This document shows, in pieces, positions 9,855-21,169 of a stretch of 64,000 nt of DNA. Position 1 is the stretch's first letter; each line of letters opens with the position of its first letter. The notes under the pieces were generated by a model that was not told the DNA's origin, made no database searches, and saw only the letters and a list, made by a program, of their open reading frames with translations. Origin of the DNA: an uncultured Gemmatimonadales bacterium (GTDB lineage Bacteria; Gemmatimonadota; Gemmatimonadetes; Gemmatimonadales; GWC2-71-9). Made by a program: the position numbers and the translations under genes. The stretch lies in the NCBI GenBank assembly GCA_963825055.1, contig CAWGSK010000002.1, positions 136,455 to 200,454 of the forward strand, given 5' to 3'.

Positions 9855-9883
9855 TTGCATACGGTTTTGGGGCCAGCTATATT
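9855..9883 (+). promoter_or_regulatory. Putative sigma70 promoter of the rpmJ-rplQ operon
   Basis: TTGCAT-N17-TATATT. Confidence 0.65.
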
Positions 9884-9921
9884 GACAAGCTAACCCTGAA
9901 ACCGGTCATCTGGAGAGCAGT

Positions 9922-10038
9922 GTGAAGGTACGTTCTAGTGTCAAGCCAATCTGCGAGCATTGCAAGGTGATCCGCCGCCGCGGGGTGGTGCGCATCATCT
10001 GCAAGCGGAATCCCAAGCACAAGCAGCGGCAGGGTTAA
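9922..10038 (+). CDS. rpmJ: 50S ribosomal protein L36 (zinc-binding type); not in the ORF track
   Basis: Manual translation: [47 protein letters not shown]. Confidence 0.97.
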   Translation: MKVRSSVKPICEHCKVIRRRGVVRIICKRNPKHKQRQG

Positions 10039-10039
10039 C

Positions 10040-10420
10040 ATGGCGCGAATCGCTGGTGTGGACCTGCCGCGCGAGAAGCGCGTGGAAGCCGCTCTCACGT
10101 ACATCTACGGGATCGGGCAGTCGACGAGCACCCGGATCCTGACGGAGACGGGTGTCAACCCGGACAGTCGCGTGCGCGACCTCACGGACGCGGAAGTGGC
10201 GCGGCTCCGGCAGTACATCGAGCGCACGCTCCGGGTCGAAGGCGCGCTCCGGACCGAAGTGGCCATGAACATCAAGCGATTGATGGACATCGGCAGTTAT
10301 CGCGGGATCCGTCACCGCCGGGGCCTCCCCGTGCGCGGGCAGCGGACCCACACCAACGCGCGGACCAAGAAGGGGCCGCGTCGGGCCATCGCGGGCAAGA
10401 AGAAGGCGACGAAGAAGTAA
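10040..10420 (+). CDS. rpsM: 30S ribosomal protein S13
   Basis: [10 protein letters not shown]...[15 protein letters not shown]. Confidence 0.98.
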   Translation: MARIAGVDLPREKRVEAALTYIYGIGQSTSTRILTETGVNPDSRVRDLTDAEVARLRQYIERTLRVEGALRTEVAMNIKRLMDIGSYRGIRHRRGLPVRGQRTHTNARTKKGPRRAIAGKKKATKK

Positions 10421-10421
10421 T

Positions 10422-10817
10422 ATGACTCCACCAAGCCGCACGGGGGGCGCGAAGCGCTCCAAGAAGGTCGTCGAGTCCGAGGGCGTGGCCCACATCTCGG
10501 CGACGTTCAACAACGTCCTGATCACGATCACCGATTCGCACGGCAACACGGTCAGCTGGGGATCCGCCGGCAAGGCGGGCTTCAAGGGCTCGAAGAAGTC
10601 CACGCCGTTCGCCGCCACCGTGGCGGCCGAGAACTGCGCCCGGGAAGCCATGAACCTCGGCATGCGCCGGGTGCACGTCCGGGTCCAGGGCCCGGGCAGC
10701 GGTCGCGAGTCGGCCATTCAGGCGCTGGCATCGGCCGGCCTCCGGGTGCTCAGCATCCGCGACGTCACGCCGATCCCCCACAACGGTTGCCGCCCGCCCA
10801 AGAAGCGGAGGGTCTGA
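10422..10817 (+). CDS. rpsK: 30S ribosomal protein S11
   Basis: [13 protein letters not shown] and [14 protein letters not shown]. Confidence 0.98.
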   Translation: MTPPSRTGGAKRSKKVVESEGVAHISATFNNVLITITDSHGNTVSWGSAGKAGFKGSKKSTPFAATVAAENCAREAMNLGMRRVHVRVQGPGSGRESAIQALASAGLRVLSIRDVTPIPHNGCRPPKKRRV

Positions 10818-10820
10818 GGC

Positions 10821-11456
10821 ATGTCACGCTATACCGGACCCAGCTGCCGCCTCTGCCGGCGCGAAGGGACCAAGCTGTTCCTGAAGGGCACCCGCTGCCT
10901 GACCGACAAGTGCGCGGTCGAGCGCCGCGGCTATCCCGCGGGCCAGCACGGCCCCGCCGGCGCGCGTCGCCGCAAGACGTCCGAGTACTCCAAGCAGCTC
11001 CGCGAGAAGCAGAAGGTGAAGCGGACCTACGGCCTGTCGGAGGGCCAGTTCCGCAGCCTGTTCGAGAAGGTCTCGACCCAGCCCGGCGTCAAGGGCACGA
11101 ACCTCCTCGTCGCGCTGGAGACCCGGCTCGACAACATCGTCTACCGCATGGGCTTCGCGTCCAGTCGGAAGGCGGCCCGTCAGCTCATCCGGCACGGGCA
11201 CATTGAAGTGAACGGAAACAAGGTGGACATCCCGTCTTATCACGTGCTGCCGAACATGGAGGTCCGTGTGGCCACCACCAGCCGTGAAATGACGAGTGTC
11301 CAGGCCGCACTCGAGAGCGCGTCGCGTGGTGCGCCGGTTGCCTGGCTTTCCGTCAATGCCGACACGATGGCCGGCCGGCTGGTCGAGCGGCCCACGCGGG
11401 ATGCCATCCCCATCAACGCGCAGGAGCAGCTCGTCGTCGAGCTGTATTCGAAGTGA
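10821..11456 (+). CDS. rpsD: 30S ribosomal protein S4 (cysteine/zinc-type N-terminus)
   Basis: MSRYTGPSCRLCRREG, LETRLDNIVYRMGFA and VVELYSK. Confidence 0.98.
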   Translation: MSRYTGPSCRLCRREGTKLFLKGTRCLTDKCAVERRGYPAGQHGPAGARRRKTSEYSKQLREKQKVKRTYGLSEGQFRSLFEKVSTQPGVKGTNLLVALETRLDNIVYRMGFASSRKAARQLIRHGHIEVNGNKVDIPSYHVLPNMEVRVATTSREMTSVQAALESASRGAPVAWLSVNADTMAGRLVERPTRDAIPINAQEQLVVELYSK

Positions 11457-12523
11457 CCATGAGCATTGACCTGACTGGACTCGTCCGCCCGCACCTCGTC
11501 GAGATGACCAAGCGCGACGAGCTGCCCTACTACGCCGAATTCCGGCTGCAGCCGCTCGAGCGCGGCTTCGGCTACACCCTCGGTAACTCGCTGCGGCGCC
11601 TGCTGCTCTCCTCGCTCCGGGGCTCGGCCGTCTGGGCCTTCCGCCTCGATGGCGTGGTGCATGAGCACCAGACGGTGCCGGGGGTGCTCGAGGATATCCA
11701 CCAGATCATCCAGCGCCTCAAGGCGCTGACCCTGGTGCTGGCCGAGGACGTGGACGAGGCGACCCTGACCATCCAGTGCGACAGCGCCGGCCCGGTCTAC
11801 GCCCGTGACATCCAGCCGCACGGCTCGGTCGAGATCGTCAACCCGGACCACCTGCTCTTCACGCTCCAGGACGACCGCGAGATCAACGGTGAGTTCTACG
11901 TGAACAAGGGCCGTGGCTACGTGGAGTCCGAGCTGCACCAGATCGACCGGTCCCTGCCGGTGGACACGGTGCGCATCGATGCCATCTACAATCCGGTCCG
12001 CCGCGCCAACTTCCACGTCGCGGAGACGCGCGTGGGCCAGCGCACCGACTATGACCGCCTGACGGTGAGCGTCGAGACCAACGGCACCATCACTCCTGAG
12101 GACGCCGTGGCGTACGCCGCCGCCCTCGCGCAGGAGCACTTCCGCTACTTCGTCGAGTTCGGCAAGGTGCCGGTCGCCCGGCCGGAGCCGGCGCAGTCCG
12201 AGGACACCAGCGCGCTCCGCGCCCAGCTCGGCCGCCCGATCGACGACCTGGGCCTGTCGGTCCGCTCGCTCAACTCGCTCAAGAACTCGAACATCCGCAC
12301 CCTGGGTGACCTGGTCGCGCTCCAGGAAGAGGAGCTCCTCAAGGTCAAGAACGTGGGCGAGAAGGCCCTGGGCGAGATCGCCGACGTGCTGCGTCGCGAG
12401 GAGCTCAACTTCGGCATGACCTTCGAGGAGCAGGATGGAGAGCTCCGCGTGGTGGATGCCGGTACGGCGCCGGCCACGACCTCGACGGGCGGAAGCGACG
12501 ACGCGGGCGACGGGGAGGCCTGA
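11453..12523 (+). CDS. rpoA: DNA-directed RNA polymerase alpha subunit
   Basis: PLERGFGYTLGNSLRRLLLSS, RVGQRTDYD and LSVRSLN. An alternative ATG lies at 11459. Confidence 0.97.
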   Translation: MTMSIDLTGLVRPHLVEMTKRDELPYYAEFRLQPLERGFGYTLGNSLRRLLLSSLRGSAVWAFRLDGVVHEHQTVPGVLEDIHQIIQRLKALTLVLAEDVDEATLTIQCDSAGPVYARDIQPHGSVEIVNPDHLLFTLQDDREINGEFYVNKGRGYVESELHQIDRSLPVDTVRIDAIYNPVRRANFHVAETRVGQRTDYDRLTVSVETNGTITPEDAVAYAAALAQEHFRYFVEFGKVPVARPEPAQSEDTSALRAQLGRPIDDLGLSVRSLNSLKNSNIRTLGDLVALQEEELLKVKNVGEKALGEIADVLRREELNFGMTFEEQDGELRVVDAGTAPATTSTGGSDDAGDGEA

Positions 12524-12879
12524 TGCGCCACAATCACAAGGGCCGCCAGCTGTCCCGGACGTCCAGCCACCGGCGGGCGATGCTGAACAACATGGCCGCC
12601 AGCCTGTTCGCCCACGGCGGGGTCACCACCACCAGCGCCAAGGCCAAGGAGCTCCGGCCCCTCGCCGAGAAGCTGATCACCCTGGCGCGCCGGGGCGACC
12701 TGCACTCGCGTCGCCTGGTCGAGCGGCGGATCAAGGATCGCATGATCCTCGGCCGGCTGTTCAGCGAGATCGGCCCGCGCTTTGCGGCCCGGCCCGGCGG
12801 CTACACCCGCATCCTCAAGCTGGGCTTCCGCCCGGGCGATGGCGCCGACGTGGCGCGCATCGAGCTGCTGGCCGAGTAG
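12523..12879 (+). CDS. rplQ: 50S ribosomal protein L17
   Basis: MRH...LSRTSSHRRAML and RPGGYTRILK. Confidence 0.98.
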   Translation: MRHNHKGRQLSRTSSHRRAMLNNMAASLFAHGGVTTTSAKAKELRPLAEKLITLARRGDLHSRRLVERRIKDRMILGRLFSEIGPRFAARPGGYTRILKLGFRPGDGADVARIELLAE

Positions 12880-12922
12880 TGATCAGGCAGGCGCACCGGC
12901 CGGCGCGGGTGACGGGCATGAC

Positions 12923-12950
12923 AAAGGGGACCTCGTGGTCCCCTTTTTTT
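12923..12950 (+). terminator. Intrinsic terminator between convergent rplQ and rpmB
   Basis: AAAGGGGACC-TCGT-GGTCCCCTTT followed by a T-run. Confidence 0.8.
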
Positions 12951-12986
12951 ACGGTCGGAAGGGCGGGCGGGATGCGCGCCCGAACG

Positions 12987-13178
12987 TCAGGCCGGTTTCT
13001 TCACCCGGTTGCTCTTGATGCACTGGGTGCAGACCTGCACCCGCCGCGGGGCCCCGTTCACCTCGACCCGCACGGTCTGGAGGTTCGGGTACCACCGGCG
13101 CTTGGTCCGGTTGTTCGCGTGGCTGACGTTGTTGCCCGTGACCGGGCCCTTGCCGCAGATGGTGCAGACGCGTGCCAT
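12987..13178 (-). CDS. rpmB: 50S ribosomal protein L28
   Basis: [34 protein letters not shown]. Confidence 0.97.
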   Translation of the reverse strand: MARVCTICGKGPVTGNNVSHANNRTKRRWYPNLQTVRVEVNGAPRRVQVCTQCIKSNRVKKPA

Positions 13179-13273
13179 ACTGACGTCCTGAAAGAGTTCC
13201 TTGTCCAGAAAACTGCCACAGTCCCTAAAGATAACCTCGGGGCAATACCCGGACAACCGGGAGGGGTGAGCGG

Positions 13274-14239
13274 ATGCCGCGGGCGCTGATTACCGGGATC
13301 ACGGGCCAGGACGGCTCGTATCTGGCCGAGTTCCTCCTGGAGAAGGGTTATGACGTGGTCGGCGTGGTCCGCCGCACCAGCCACCACAGCTACGAGCGGA
13401 TCGAGCCCATCCTCGACCGCATCACGGTGGTGGCGGCCGACCTGCTCGACCAGCACAGCCTCACCGTGGTCCTGGGGGACACCCAGCCGGACGAGGTCTA
13501 CAACCTGGCCGCGCAGTCCTATGTGCCGACCTCCTGGAGCCAGCCGGTCCTGACCGGGGAATTCACCGCCCTGGGCGTGACCCGGATCCTCGAGGCCGTG
13601 CGCCTGGCCGCCCCCCGCGCCCGGTTCTACCAGGCAAGCTCCTCCGAGATGTTCGGCAAGGCGGTGGAGACCCCCCAGAGAGAGTCCACGCCCTTCTACC
13701 CCCGCTCGCCGTACGGTGTGGCCAAGGTCTATGGCCACTGGATCACCGTGAACTATCGCGAGTCCTACGGCCTCTACGCCGCGAGCGGCATCCTCTTCAA
13801 TCACGAGAGTCCGCGGCGCGGGGTGGAGTTCGTCACCCGGAAGGTTACGGAAGCGGTCGCCCGCATCCGGCACGGGCGCCAGCAGCAGCTCTTCCTGGGC
13901 AACCTGGACGCCCGCCGTGACTGGGGCTTCGCGGGCGACTATGTCGACGCCATGTGGCGGATGCTCCAGCAGGACCGGCCCTCGGACTACGTGATCGGGA
14001 CGGGTGAGACCCACTCCGTGAAGGAACTGGTGGAGGTAGCCTTCAGCCACGCCGGCCTCGACTGGCGCGACTACGTGGAGGTGGACCCCAAACTGGTCCG
14101 TCCCGCCGAGGTGGACCTGCTCCTGGCCGATGCCTCCCGCGCCCGGGAGGAGCTGGGCTGGACACCCACCGTGGGGTTTGCTGACCTGGTCCGCATGATG
14201 GTCGACGCCGACCTCGAGCGGCAGCGCGGACGGGCATGA
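13274..14239 (+). CDS. gmd: GDP-mannose 4,6-dehydratase
   Basis: [26 protein letters not shown] and [11 protein letters not shown]. Confidence 0.95.
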   Translation: MPRALITGITGQDGSYLAEFLLEKGYDVVGVVRRTSHHSYERIEPILDRITVVAADLLDQHSLTVVLGDTQPDEVYNLAAQSYVPTSWSQPVLTGEFTALGVTRILEAVRLAAPRARFYQASSSEMFGKAVETPQRESTPFYPRSPYGVAKVYGHWITVNYRESYGLYAASGILFNHESPRRGVEFVTRKVTEAVARIRHGRQQQLFLGNLDARRDWGFAGDYVDAMWRMLQQDRPSDYVIGTGETHSVKELVEVAFSHAGLDWRDYVEVDPKLVRPAEVDLLLADASRAREELGWTPTVGFADLVRMMVDADLERQRGRA

Positions 14240-15165
14240 ACATACTCGTCACCGGCGCGGATGGCTTTGTCGGAAGCTGGCTGGCCCGGCGGCTGCTGGA
14301 GGAGGGCCACTCGGTCTCCGGGACGGTCCGGACCGGCCGGCCCGCTCCCAACCGGATCCTGGACGACCGGGAGCGCGGGGCGATCAGCTGGCGCGCGATG
14401 GAGCTCGGTAATCCCCCGTCCCTCGCCGCCGCCCTGGAGGGCGAGTGGGATGCCGTTGTCCACCTGGCCGCCGTCTCGGGCTCGGGCGGCGCCGAGCGCG
14501 ACCCCGCCACGGCCTGGCAGGTCAACGCGGTCGGGACCGCAAACCTGCTCGGCACCCTGGCGCGGGGGACCCGACGGCCGGTGACGGTGCTCGTGGTGAG
14601 TTCGGGCGAGGTGTACGGGGCGGGAGAGCCCCGCCCTCGGCGCGAGACCGACCCGGTCGCGCCCCGCTCCGCATACGCCTGGAGCAAGGCCGGCGCCGAA
14701 CTGGCCGCCTTCTCCCATGACAACCACCGGAATCTCCGCGTGATGATCGCACGCCCGTTCCCCCACACCGGCCCCGGCCAGGTGGCCCTCCTCGTGCCCC
14801 GCTGGCTGGCGCGCCTCCGGGAAGGGGATGGGGAGGTCCGCATCGGCGATCCCGGCGCTGTCCGGGACTACCTTGACGTGCGCGACGTGGTGGAGGCGTA
14901 CCGCCTCCTGCTGGACCAGGGCGAGCCCGGGGCCGTGTACAACGTCGCGAGGGGCACCGGCTTCACCCTCGGCAGTATCTTCGAGTCGCTGCGGAGCGCG
15001 CTGGGATCGGGTGCCCGGCTCGTCGCCCGGCCCGACCCGGCACGGACCTGGGACGTGGACCACCTGGTGGGTGATCCCGCCCGACTCACAACCGCCACAG
15101 GCTGGACCCCCCGCCTGTCCTTCGAGCAGACTCTTGCGGACATGATCGATGCCGAAGCGCACTGA
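14236..15165 (+). CDS. NAD-dependent epimerase/reductase, probably GDP-4-keto-6-deoxy-D-mannose reductase (Rmd-like)
   Basis: [13 protein letters not shown] and [10 protein letters not shown]. Coupled to gmd. Confidence 0.7.
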   Translation: MNILVTGADGFVGSWLARRLLEEGHSVSGTVRTGRPAPNRILDDRERGAISWRAMELGNPPSLAAALEGEWDAVVHLAAVSGSGGAERDPATAWQVNAVGTANLLGTLARGTRRPVTVLVVSSGEVYGAGEPRPRRETDPVAPRSAYAWSKAGAELAAFSHDNHRNLRVMIARPFPHTGPGQVALLVPRWLARLREGDGEVRIGDPGAVRDYLDVRDVVEAYRLLLDQGEPGAVYNVARGTGFTLGSIFESLRSALGSGARLVARPDPARTWDVDHLVGDPARLTTATGWTPRLSFEQTLADMIDAEAH

Positions 15166-18100
15166 CCTCTCCTCCATCCTCCTCATCGGCTCGGGGCCCA
15201 TCGTGATCGGGCAGGGAGCGGAATTCGACTACTCGGGCACACAGGCGGTGCGAGCCCTCAAGGAGGAGGGATACCGGGTCATCCTGGTGAACTCGAATCC
15301 GGCCACGATCATGACCGATCCCGAACTGGCCGACCGGACCTATATCGAGCCGGTCACGCCGGAGTGGGTCGCGCGGGTAATCGAACGCGAGCGTCCCGAC
15401 GCGCTGCTCCCGACCATGGGCGGGCAGACCGCGCTCAACGTGGCGATGGCGCTGGTGAAGGACGGCACCCTCGAGCGCTTCGGGGTGGAACTGATCGGCG
15501 CGGACGAGCGGGCGATCCGGATCGCCGAGGACCGCGACGAGTTTGCCCAGGCAATGCGGCGGCTCGGCCTCGCGACCCCGCAGGGCGGCACGATCCGGTC
15601 CCTGGAGGAGGCGATGGCGCTGGTGGAGGATATCGGCTATCCCGCCATCATCCGGCCGTCCTTCACCCTCGGCGGCACCGGGGGCGGCATCGCCTACAAC
15701 CGGGAAGAGTTCGAGCGGATGGTCGAGCGGGGGCTCGATCTCTCGCCGGTCAACTCCGTGCTGGTGGAGCGCAGCATCCTCGGCTGGAAGGAGTTCGAGC
15801 TCGAGGTCATGCGCGACGGCGCCGACAACGTCGTGATTGTCTGCTCGATCGAGAACGTGGATCCGATGGGGGTGCACACGGGCGACTCGATCACGGTCGC
15901 GCCCGCAATGACCCTGACGGACCGCGAGTACCAGGCGATGCGCGATGCCTCCATCCGGATCATCCGCGAGGTGGGCGTTGCCGCGGGCGGCTGCAACATC
16001 CAGTTCGCGGTCAACCCCGCCAACGGCGAGCAGTTGGTGATCGAGATGAACCCGCGCGTCTCCCGGAGCTCCGCGCTCGCCTCCAAGGCGACGGGATTCC
16101 CGATCGCCCGGATCGGCACCAAGGTGGCGGTCGGCTACACGCTGGACGAGCTGCCCAACGATATCACGCGAACGACCCCGGCGTCCTTCGAGCCCGTCCT
16201 TGACTATGTCGTCATCAAGATCCCGCGCTTTGCCTTCGAGAAGTTCCCCGCCGCCGACTTCCGGCTCACCACGCAGATGAAATCGGTGGGGGAGGTCATG
16301 GCAATCGGGCGGACCTTCAAGGAAGCGCTGCAGAAGGGGCTCCGCGGGCTGGAGATCGACCGGACCGGCTGGACGGTCGGGGACACGCCCGCCGACGACC
16401 GCCTGGAAGACCTCACGCCGGACACCATCGGCGCCGCGCTCCGTACCCCGACCCCGGAGCGGATCTTCCAGGTGAAGCGCGCGTTCGAGGCCGGGATGAG
16501 CGTGGAGGAAATCTCCGCCTTCAGCCGGATCGACCCCTGGTTCGTGGCCCAGATGGAAGAACTGGTCCAGGCGGAGCATGAATGGCTGGCCGTGGACCTG
16601 GATGACGACGCGGTGGTGGGCCCCGCGCTCCGGCGCCTCAAGCGTCAGGGGTTTTCCGACCGGCAGCTGGCCGACCTCCGCGGTCTCCGGGAAGCCGACC
16701 TCCGCGCCCGGCGGCATGCCCTCGGCATCCGTCCCGCCTACAAGACGGTTGACACCTGCGCCGGCGAGTTCCCCTCGTCCACACCGTACCTGTACTCCTC
16801 CTACGACGAGGAGAACGAGGCCGTGGGTGGCGAAGGGCGGCGCACCGTGGTCATCCTGGGCAGCGGGCCGAACCGCATCGGGCAGGGCGTGGAGTTCGAC
16901 TACTGCTGCGTGCGCGCGGTGATGGCGTTCCGGGAGATGGGCTTCCGGACGGTCATGGTGAACTCCAATCCCGAAACGGTTTCCACCGACTACGACATCT
17001 CCGACACACTCTACTTCGAGCCCCTCACGCTCGAGGATGTGCTTGAGATCGTGCACGTGGAGCAGCCCGAGGGCGTCGTGGTGCAGCTCGGCGGCCAGAC
17101 CCCGCTCAAGCTGGCCCGCGGTCTCGAAGCCGCCGGCGTCCGGATCCTCGGCACGTCGCCCGATGCCATCGACGCGGCGGAAGACCGCCGCCGGTTCGAG
17201 GCGATGGCGCGCGACCTGGGCGTGGCCCAGCCTCCCAGCGGCACCGCAACGTCGCTGGACGAGGCCCTCGCCGTGGCCGAGCGCGTCGGATACCCGGTGC
17301 TGGTACGGCCGAGTTATGTCCTGGGAGGCCGGGCGATGCAGATCGTCTACGACTCCGACTCGCTCCGCAACTATTTCGTGCAGGCGGTGAAGGCCGCGCC
17401 CGAGCACCCCGTGCTGATCGATTCCTTCCTCGAGGATGCGTTCGAGGCGGACGTGGATGCCATCGCGGACGGCGAGCGGTGCATCATCGGCGGGGTCATG
17501 CAGCACATCGAGGACGCGGGGATCCACTCCGGCGATTCGGCCTGCGTGCTGCCGCCCTACCTGATCACCGAGGAGCAGGTCGAGCAGATGCGGCAGCACA
17601 CCCGCGACTTCGCGCTGCGGCTCGGCGTGATCGGCCTGCTCAACGTGCAGTACGCGATTCGCGATGGAATCGTCTACGTGCTCGAGGTGAACCCGCGGGG
17701 CTCGCGCACCGTGCCCTTTGTGAGCAAGGCCACCGGCATCAGCTTCGCCAGCCTGGCCGCGCGCGTCATGGCAGGGCAGTCGCTGGAGGAACTCGGGCTG
17801 CACGATGACGTCGTCGCCCCCTACGTCGCCGTCAAGGAGGCGGTCTTCCCCTTCTCCAAGCTGCCGGGAGTGGACCTCATCCTCGGGCCCGAGATGCGGA
17901 GCACCGGCGAGGTCATGGGCATCGCCGACTCCTTCGGGATGGCATTCGGCAAGGCGCAGGCGAGCGCCGATGGCACCCTGCCGCTGGAGGGCGCCGTCTT
18001 CGTCACCGTGAACGACCGGGACAAGCAGACGGTCACGCCCATCGCGCGGCGGTTCCACGAGCTGGGGTTCAAGGTCTACGCCACGGAAGGCACCGCCCGG

Positions 18101-18415
18101 CACCTCCGTGCGCGCGGCGTGCCCGCCGAGCGGGTCCTGAAGGTGTGGGAGGGCCGGCCCAACGCCATTGATCTCCTGGTCTCCGGACGGATTCACCTGC
18201 TGATCAACACGCCCCTCGGAAAGCTCACCCAGCGGGACGACTACGCGATCCGGCAGGCGGCGCTGACCCACCGCGTCCCGTACACCACCACCATGTCCGC
18301 CGCCAGCGCGGCGTGCGACGCGATCATCGCCTTCCGGAGCCGGGAGCGAGAGGTCCGCTCGCTGCAGGAGTGGCATGAACTGGCGCGGGAGCTTGCGGAG
18401 GCCGGCGGCGCATGA
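15149..18415 (+). CDS. carB: Carbamoyl-phosphate synthase large subunit
   Basis: MPKRTD...[17 protein letters not shown], duplicated ATP-grasp halves and an MGS domain. Confidence 0.98.
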   Translation: MPKRTDLSSILLIGSGPIVIGQGAEFDYSGTQAVRALKEEGYRVILVNSNPATIMTDPELADRTYIEPVTPEWVARVIERERPDALLPTMGGQTALNVAMALVKDGTLERFGVELIGADERAIRIAEDRDEFAQAMRRLGLATPQGGTIRSLEEAMALVEDIGYPAIIRPSFTLGGTGGGIAYNREEFERMVERGLDLSPVNSVLVERSILGWKEFELEVMRDGADNVVIVCSIENVDPMGVHTGDSITVAPAMTLTDREYQAMRDASIRIIREVGVAAGGCNIQFAVNPANGEQLVIEMNPRVSRSSALASKATGFPIARIGTKVAVGYTLDELPNDITRTTPASFEPVLDYVVIKIPRFAFEKFPAADFRLTTQMKSVGEVMAIGRTFKEALQKGLRGLEIDRTGWTVGDTPADDRLEDLTPDTIGAALRTPTPERIFQVKRAFEAGMSVEEISAFSRIDPWFVAQMEELVQAEHEWLAVDLDDDAVVGPALRRLKRQGFSDRQLADLRGLREADLRARRHALGIRPAYKTVDTCAGEFPSSTPYLYSSYDEENEAVGGEGRRTVVILGSGPNRIGQGVEFDYCCVRAVMAFREMGFRTVMVNSNPETVSTDYDISDTLYFEPLTLEDVLEIVHVEQPEGVVVQLGGQTPLKLARGLEAAGVRILGTSPDAIDAAEDRRRFEAMARDLGVAQPPSGTATSLDEALAVAERVGYPVLVRPSYVLGGRAMQIVYDSDSLRNYFVQAVKAAPEHPVLIDSFLEDAFEADVDAIADGERCIIGGVMQHIEDAGIHSGDSACVLPPYLITEEQVEQMRQHTRDFALRLGVIGLLNVQYAIRDGIVYVLEVNPRGSRTVPFVSKATGISFASLAARVMAGQSLEELGLHDDVVAPYVAVKEAVFPFSKLPGVDLILGPEMRSTGEVMGIADSFGMAFGKAQASADGTLPLEGAVFVTVNDRDKQTVTPIARRFHELGFKVYATEGTARHLRARGVPAERVLKVWEGRPNAIDLLVSGRIHLLINTPLGKLTQRDDYAIRQAALTHRVPYTTTMSAASAACDAIIAFRSREREVRSLQEWHELARELAEAGGA

Positions 18416-19365
18416 CCGCGCGTGCCCCCGGCTTCATCGCGGAGCTCCGCGAACGGGTCAGGGGAGAAGTCCGTGAGGGCGAGCCGCTCGCCCGGTACTC
18501 CACCTGGCGCATCGGCGGGCCGGCGACGGTCCTGCTGGCGGCTGCCCCGGAGGACGTCGGCGCCGCGCTCCGCTTCTGCGCGGAGTCCGGGACGCCGTGG
18601 TTTGCGCTGGGCCTCGGCAGTAACATCCTGCTCCCCGATGCGGGCCTCGATGCCCTCGTGATCCGGATGGGCAAGGGGCTGGATGCCGTGCGGCAGGAGG
18701 GCGGCGCCTGGTCGCTGGGCGCCGGGCTGCCGGCCCCGCTGGCGGCCCGGAAAACGGCCCAGGCGGGCTGGGGCGGGCTCCACATGATGGTCGGCGTGCC
18801 GGGCAGCGTGGGGGGCGGGGTGTACATGAACGCGGGCTGCCATGGCGGCGAATGGGCCGCCGTGGTGGAGGCGGTGACGGTCGTGGACGCGTCGGGCCGG
18901 GATCGGGTCGTGCTCCGCGCCGACATCCCCTTTGCCTACCGGACCAGCGGCCTCGAAGGGCAGGTCGTGCTCGAGGCCCGGGTGGCGCTGCATCCCGAGC
19001 AGGCGGAGCGGCTCAATGCCGAGGTGGCGGAGCTCTTCCGCTGGCGGCAGGAGGGAACACCGTTCAACCAGCCATGCTGCGGCAGCACCTTCCGGAATCC
19101 GGGAGGTGTCTCAGGCGTGGTGGAGGGCGGGCCGCGCACGGCGGGACAGCTGGTCGAGGCCGCGGGGCTGAAGGGCGTCCGTGAAGGAGCGATCGAGGTC
19201 TCCCCCATGCACGCCAACTATTTCGTGAATACGGGGGGCGGGACGGCGGCCGATGCCCGCAGGCTCATCCGCCGCGCGCGCGAGACGGTCCGTGAGCGTT
19301 TCGGCGTCGAACTTGAGACGGAAGTGAAAATCATCGGCCCCGAGGGCCGCTACGAGGCGCCCTGA
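18412..19365 (+). CDS. murB: UDP-N-acetylmuramate dehydrogenase
   Basis: [32 protein letters not shown] and HANYFVN. Confidence 0.95.
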   Translation: MTARAPGFIAELRERVRGEVREGEPLARYSTWRIGGPATVLLAAAPEDVGAALRFCAESGTPWFALGLGSNILLPDAGLDALVIRMGKGLDAVRQEGGAWSLGAGLPAPLAARKTAQAGWGGLHMMVGVPGSVGGGVYMNAGCHGGEWAAVVEAVTVVDASGRDRVVLRADIPFAYRTSGLEGQVVLEARVALHPEQAERLNAEVAELFRWRQEGTPFNQPCCGSTFRNPGGVSGVVEGGPRTAGQLVEAAGLKGVREGAIEVSPMHANYFVNTGGGTAADARRLIRRARETVRERFGVELETEVKIIGPEGRYEAP

Positions 19366-19383
19366 GCGGCGCGGGAATCCAGC

Positions 19384-19974
19384 ATGTCCGACCCTTTCAT
19401 CCATGAGTCCGCCTACGTCGACGAGGGTGCCATCATCGGCGCCGGGTCGAAGGTCTGGCATTTCAGCCACGTCATGCCCGGCGCGGTGATCGGCGAGCGC
19501 TGCAACCTGGGCCAGAACGTCGTGGTCATGCCCGGCACCCGCATGGGCAATAACGTGAAGGTCCAGAACAACGTCTCGATCTACGAGGGCGTCGTGCTCG
19601 AGGACGACGTGTTCTGCGGCCCGAGCTGCGTGTTCACCAACGTCGTGAACCCGCGCAGCCATGTGTCCCGCAAGTCCGAATACCGGAAGACCCTGGTGCG
19701 GCAGGGCACCTCGATCGGCGCCAACGCCACCATCGTCTGCGGGGTGACCCTGGGCGAGTATGCCTTCATCGGGGCGGGGGCGGTGGTGACCAGCGACGTC
19801 CCGGCCTATGCGCTCATGGTGGGCGTGCCCGCCCGGCGGGTGGGCTGGATGTGCCAGTGCGGGCTCCGGCTGGACGTCCGGGCAGGGCGGGCCGTGTGCG
19901 GGACCTGCGGGGCCGCCTACGAGGAGAAGGGCGGGGCACTCCGCCGCGTTGATTCTCCCTCGGCGGACGGGTAA
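19384..19974 (+). CDS. Hexapeptide-repeat N-acetyltransferase, WbpD/WlbB-like
   Basis: KVWHFSH, left-handed beta-helix repeats, [10 protein letters not shown] and a C-terminal CxC...CxxC. Confidence 0.85.
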   Translation: MSDPFIHESAYVDEGAIIGAGSKVWHFSHVMPGAVIGERCNLGQNVVVMPGTRMGNNVKVQNNVSIYEGVVLEDDVFCGPSCVFTNVVNPRSHVSRKSEYRKTLVRQGTSIGANATIVCGVTLGEYAFIGAGAVVTSDVPAYALMVGVPARRVGWMCQCGLRLDVRAGRAVCGTCGAAYEEKGGALRRVDSPSADG

Positions 19975-20053
19975 GTTTTCGGGCTGTATTCGAACCCGAA
20001 CTACCCGGCGGACCGCCCCTGGGGCGGGCCCGGTCTCCCATACGAGGTTGCCC

Positions 20054-21169
20054 GTGAACGTACCCCTGCTCGACCTGGTCGCCCAGTATCAGTCCATCAA
20101 GGATGCCGTCCTGCCAGCCCTCATGGCGGTGGTGGAGCGGCAGGGCTTCATCATGGGCCCGGAGGTCGCCCGGCTTGAGGAGGAGGTGGCCCGGCTCTCC
20201 CACACCCGGCACGGGATCGGCTGCGCCAGCGGCACGGATGCCATCCTCCTGGCACTCAAGGCCCTGGACTTCGTTCCCGGGGACGAGGTCATCTCGCCCA
20301 GCTTCACCTTCTTTGCCACGGCAGGCGCCATCCACAACGCGGGCGGAACCCCGGTCTTTGTGGACATCGATCCCGACTCGTACAATGTGTCGCCCCGGGC
20401 CATCGAGGCGGCCATCACCGACCGTACCCGTGCCATCGTCGTGGTGCACCTGTTCGGGCAGATGGCCGCGATGGAACAGGTCATGGAGATCGCCGACCGG
20501 CACGGCCTCGCGGTGGTGGAGGATGCCGCCCAGGCCATCGGGGCCCGCCGCCAGATCGACGGCCACTGGCGGATGGCCGGCGAACTCGGCATGGCAGGTA
20601 CGCTCTCCTTCTTTCCGAGCAAGAACCTGGGCGGCTGGGGCGACGGCGGGATGATCCTCACCCAGGATGACCTCCTGGCCGGGCGCCTCCGGCGCCTGCG
20701 CCTGCACGGCGGGGCGAAGGAATACCATCACGACGAAGTCGGCCTGAACAGCCGGCTGGACACCATTCAGGCGGCCGTTCTCCTCGCCAAGCTTCCCCAT
20801 CTGGACGGCTGGAGCGCCGCGCGCCGGGAGCGTGCCGCCCGCTACACCGCCGCCTTCTCCGGGCAGGCCGGCATTACGCCGCCGCACGTGGATCCGGCCA
20901 ATGAGCACATCTTCCACCAGTACACCATCCAGGTGGCCGATCGCGACGGACTCGGCCGGCGCCTGAAGGAGAAGGGTATCGGGAGCAAGGTGTACTACCC
21001 CCTCCCGCTGCACCTCCAGCCCTGCTTTGCGGGGCTCGGCTACGGCCCGGGATCGCTGCCGGAAACCGAGGCGGCCATGGACCGCGTCATCTCGCTCCCC
21101 ATCTTCCCCGAGCTGACCGACGCCCAGCAGGACCAGGTAATCGAGACGGTCGTGGAGTTCTGCGGATGA
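20054..21169 (+). CDS. DegT/DnrJ/EryC1/StrS aminotransferase, WbpE-like
   Basis: EDAAQAIG, SFFPSKNLGGWGDGG and NSRLD. GTG start after GAGG. Confidence 0.9.
   Translation: MNVPLLDLVAQYQSIKDAVLPALMAVVERQGFIMGPEVARLEEEVARLSHTRHGIGCASGTDAILLALKALDFVPGDEVISPSFTFFATAGAIHNAGGTPVFVDIDPDSYNVSPRAIEAAITDRTRAIVVVHLFGQMAAMEQVMEIADRHGLAVVEDAAQAIGARRQIDGHWRMAGELGMAGTLSFFPSKNLGGWGDGGMILTQDDLLAGRLRRLRLHGGAKEYHHDEVGLNSRLDTIQAAVLLAKLPHLDGWSAARRERAARYTAAFSGQAGITPPHVDPANEHIFHQYTIQVADRDGLGRRLKEKGIGSKVYYPLPLHLQPCFAGLGYGPGSLPETEAAMDRVISLPIFPELTDAQQDQVIETVVEFCG

Noticed and set aside
15086..18376. Long minus-strand ORFs mirroring carB (similarly secA 29613-32762 and rel 33758-35905)
   Set aside because: Antisense shadows of clear housekeeping genes.
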